A stretch of 56,769 bases of DNA from positions 1-56,769 of the IMG/VR virus record IMGVR_UViG_3300045973_000630, one strand, 5' to 3'. The stretch is from a virus. Taxonomy: Duplodnaviria > Caudoviricetes. The notes under the pieces are model-generated. The model was not told where the DNA came from. It made no database searches and saw only the letters and a program-made list of their open reading frames with translations. Positions 55,746 to 56,769 of this stretch are shown here, one piece after another (within the stretch, counting starts at the first letter, position 1; each line of letters begins with the position of its first letter). The position numbers and the translations under genes were made by a program.

Positions 55746-56696
55746 ATGATTAAATCATTAAATGATAAATTATCTAAGGGTGGCGAAGGTTCTGGTAAAG
55801 TTGGACACACCACAAATCATACTAATAATGTAACTGCGGGAACTGCTAAACTTTTAAGCCTAGCAGACAAATTAGTAAATTCAAATAAATTTAAAATCTA
55901 TTTAGATAAATTAAATCATGGCGGAGTTTTAGACGGAGCTCAGCTAAAGTCCGGTAAACCTATATTTTTGTCTGCGCAACAAGGTGTTGCTGAAGGATAT
56001 ACTCCAGAAGAGCATCGAGAAGCGGGTTCCGCCCATTATGCAAAGTTGGAACAAACAACCGCACAATTAAATAAGTTTAAAGATTTAGGTAAAGCCCCGC
56101 CACCAGAGCTTTCAGCAATTGCTAACTTCCATAAAGCGGCATTTAAAGGTTTCTTCAATACAGCAAATCGTATTGAAGACCGTCAAAATAAGACAGAACA
56201 AACTGCGTATAAAATGAAGAAGTCCGTAGTATCTATGGGACATGCAGACGGGGCGGAGATTGATACAGCTAAATTTTCTACAGAACTCAGGAATGCCCAA
56301 GACCATGATCTTCTTGAAAGACTGTATCAAGCAATGGAAGGATACCAATACGGAGATGTTCCGCGTAGTATAGACCTCCCAAAAGGTAACCTTTTCTTAG
56401 TTCAAGTTTCGGAGGGTTTATTTTCAGGAGTATTTCGTATCATCGAACATGTGAATGATTCTGACCAAGTACTTGAAGATACTGCTAAAATTAGAATTGA
56501 ACGCATGACTTTACCCTCGATTGTACAACTTTGTTTAGCAAGAGGTTGGGTAAATCCAGCACCAGTATTACCACTTTTAGCAGAACCTCAAGCATTAATA
56601 GAGAAACTCGAAGCACCTTTAGAACCTGTAATTGTAGTGTCTGAATTGGATAAAAAGATTCAATTAGCACAATTACTAACTAAACTGTTAACTTAA
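55746..56696 (+). CDS. hypothetical protein, probable internal head protein
   Basis: MIKS, LSKGGEGSG and MKKS motifs. Confidence 0.6.
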   Translation: MIKSLNDKLSKGGEGSGKVGHTTNHTNNVTAGTAKLLSLADKLVNSNKFKIYLDKLNHGGVLDGAQLKSGKPIFLSAQQGVAEGYTPEEHREAGSAHYAKLEQTTAQLNKFKDLGKAPPPELSAIANFHKAAFKGFFNTANRIEDRQNKTEQTAYKMKKSVVSMGHADGAEIDTAKFSTELRNAQDHDLLERLYQAMEGYQYGDVPRSIDLPKGNLFLVQVSEGLFSGVFRIIEHVNDSDQVLEDTAKIRIERMTLPSIVQLCLARGWVNPAPVLPLLAEPQALIEKLEAPLEPVIVVSELDKKIQLAQLLTKLLT

Positions 56697-56728
56697 GTTA
56701 TAATTAAATTATTAAATTAGGAGATTTC

Positions 56729-56769
56729 ATGAACAAGTCGATAGACGAACAAATTGAAGAGATGGCAAA
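56729..56769 (+). CDS. partial CDS running off the window edge
   Basis: AGGAG, then MNKSIDEQIEEMA. Confidence 0.6.
   Translation, partial: MNKSIDEQIEEMA

Noticed and set aside
4450-56348. The many short antisense or nested ORFs in the track (e.g. 6812, 9903, 11832, 21750, 33760, 51308)
   Set aside because: They lie within well-supported genes and have shadow-ORF composition.
1-56769. Alternative genetic code (stop-codon reassignment)
   Set aside because: Long conserved genes are intact in the standard code, and TAA, TAG and TGA all end genes at sensible positions.

Overview
An AT-rich segment of a large tailed dsDNA phage, read with the standard bacterial code. No tRNA, rRNA or CRISPR array was seen. 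Positions 1-5.7 kb are a minus-strand block: ATP-dependent DNA ligase (missed by the ORF track), a thymidylate-synthase homolog, a 3'-5' exonuclease and an SF2 helicase. The rest is plus-strand. It starts with a ~600-nt structured non-coding region, an intein-containing GroEL, class II RNR, dCMP deaminase and a T5 A1-like protein. Next come primase-helicase, family A polymerase, dNMP kinase, RecA, SbcCD, a RuvC-like resolvase and a lytic transglycosylase. Then follow a Herelleviridae-like head module (terminase, portal, MuF-like protein, prohead protease, scaffold, capsid), fibre genes and a neck gene. Main findings: (1) a class 3 intein (Pro start, W-C-T signature, LAGLIDADG) inside the GDG|TTT ATP-binding motif of GroEL; (2) an apparent naturally split intein joining two halves of a MuF-like head protein, with an endonuclease fused to the N-half; (3) a phage protein-folding kit (trigger-factor-like FKBP, GroES, ClpP, plus GroEL); (4) a ThyA homolog with the Asn-to-Asp change that indicates dCMP specificity; (5) a candidate large ncRNA upstream of groEL; (6) four promoters embedded in hairpins that occlude the ribosome binding site. 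All family calls come from motifs recognised by eye, with no database search.
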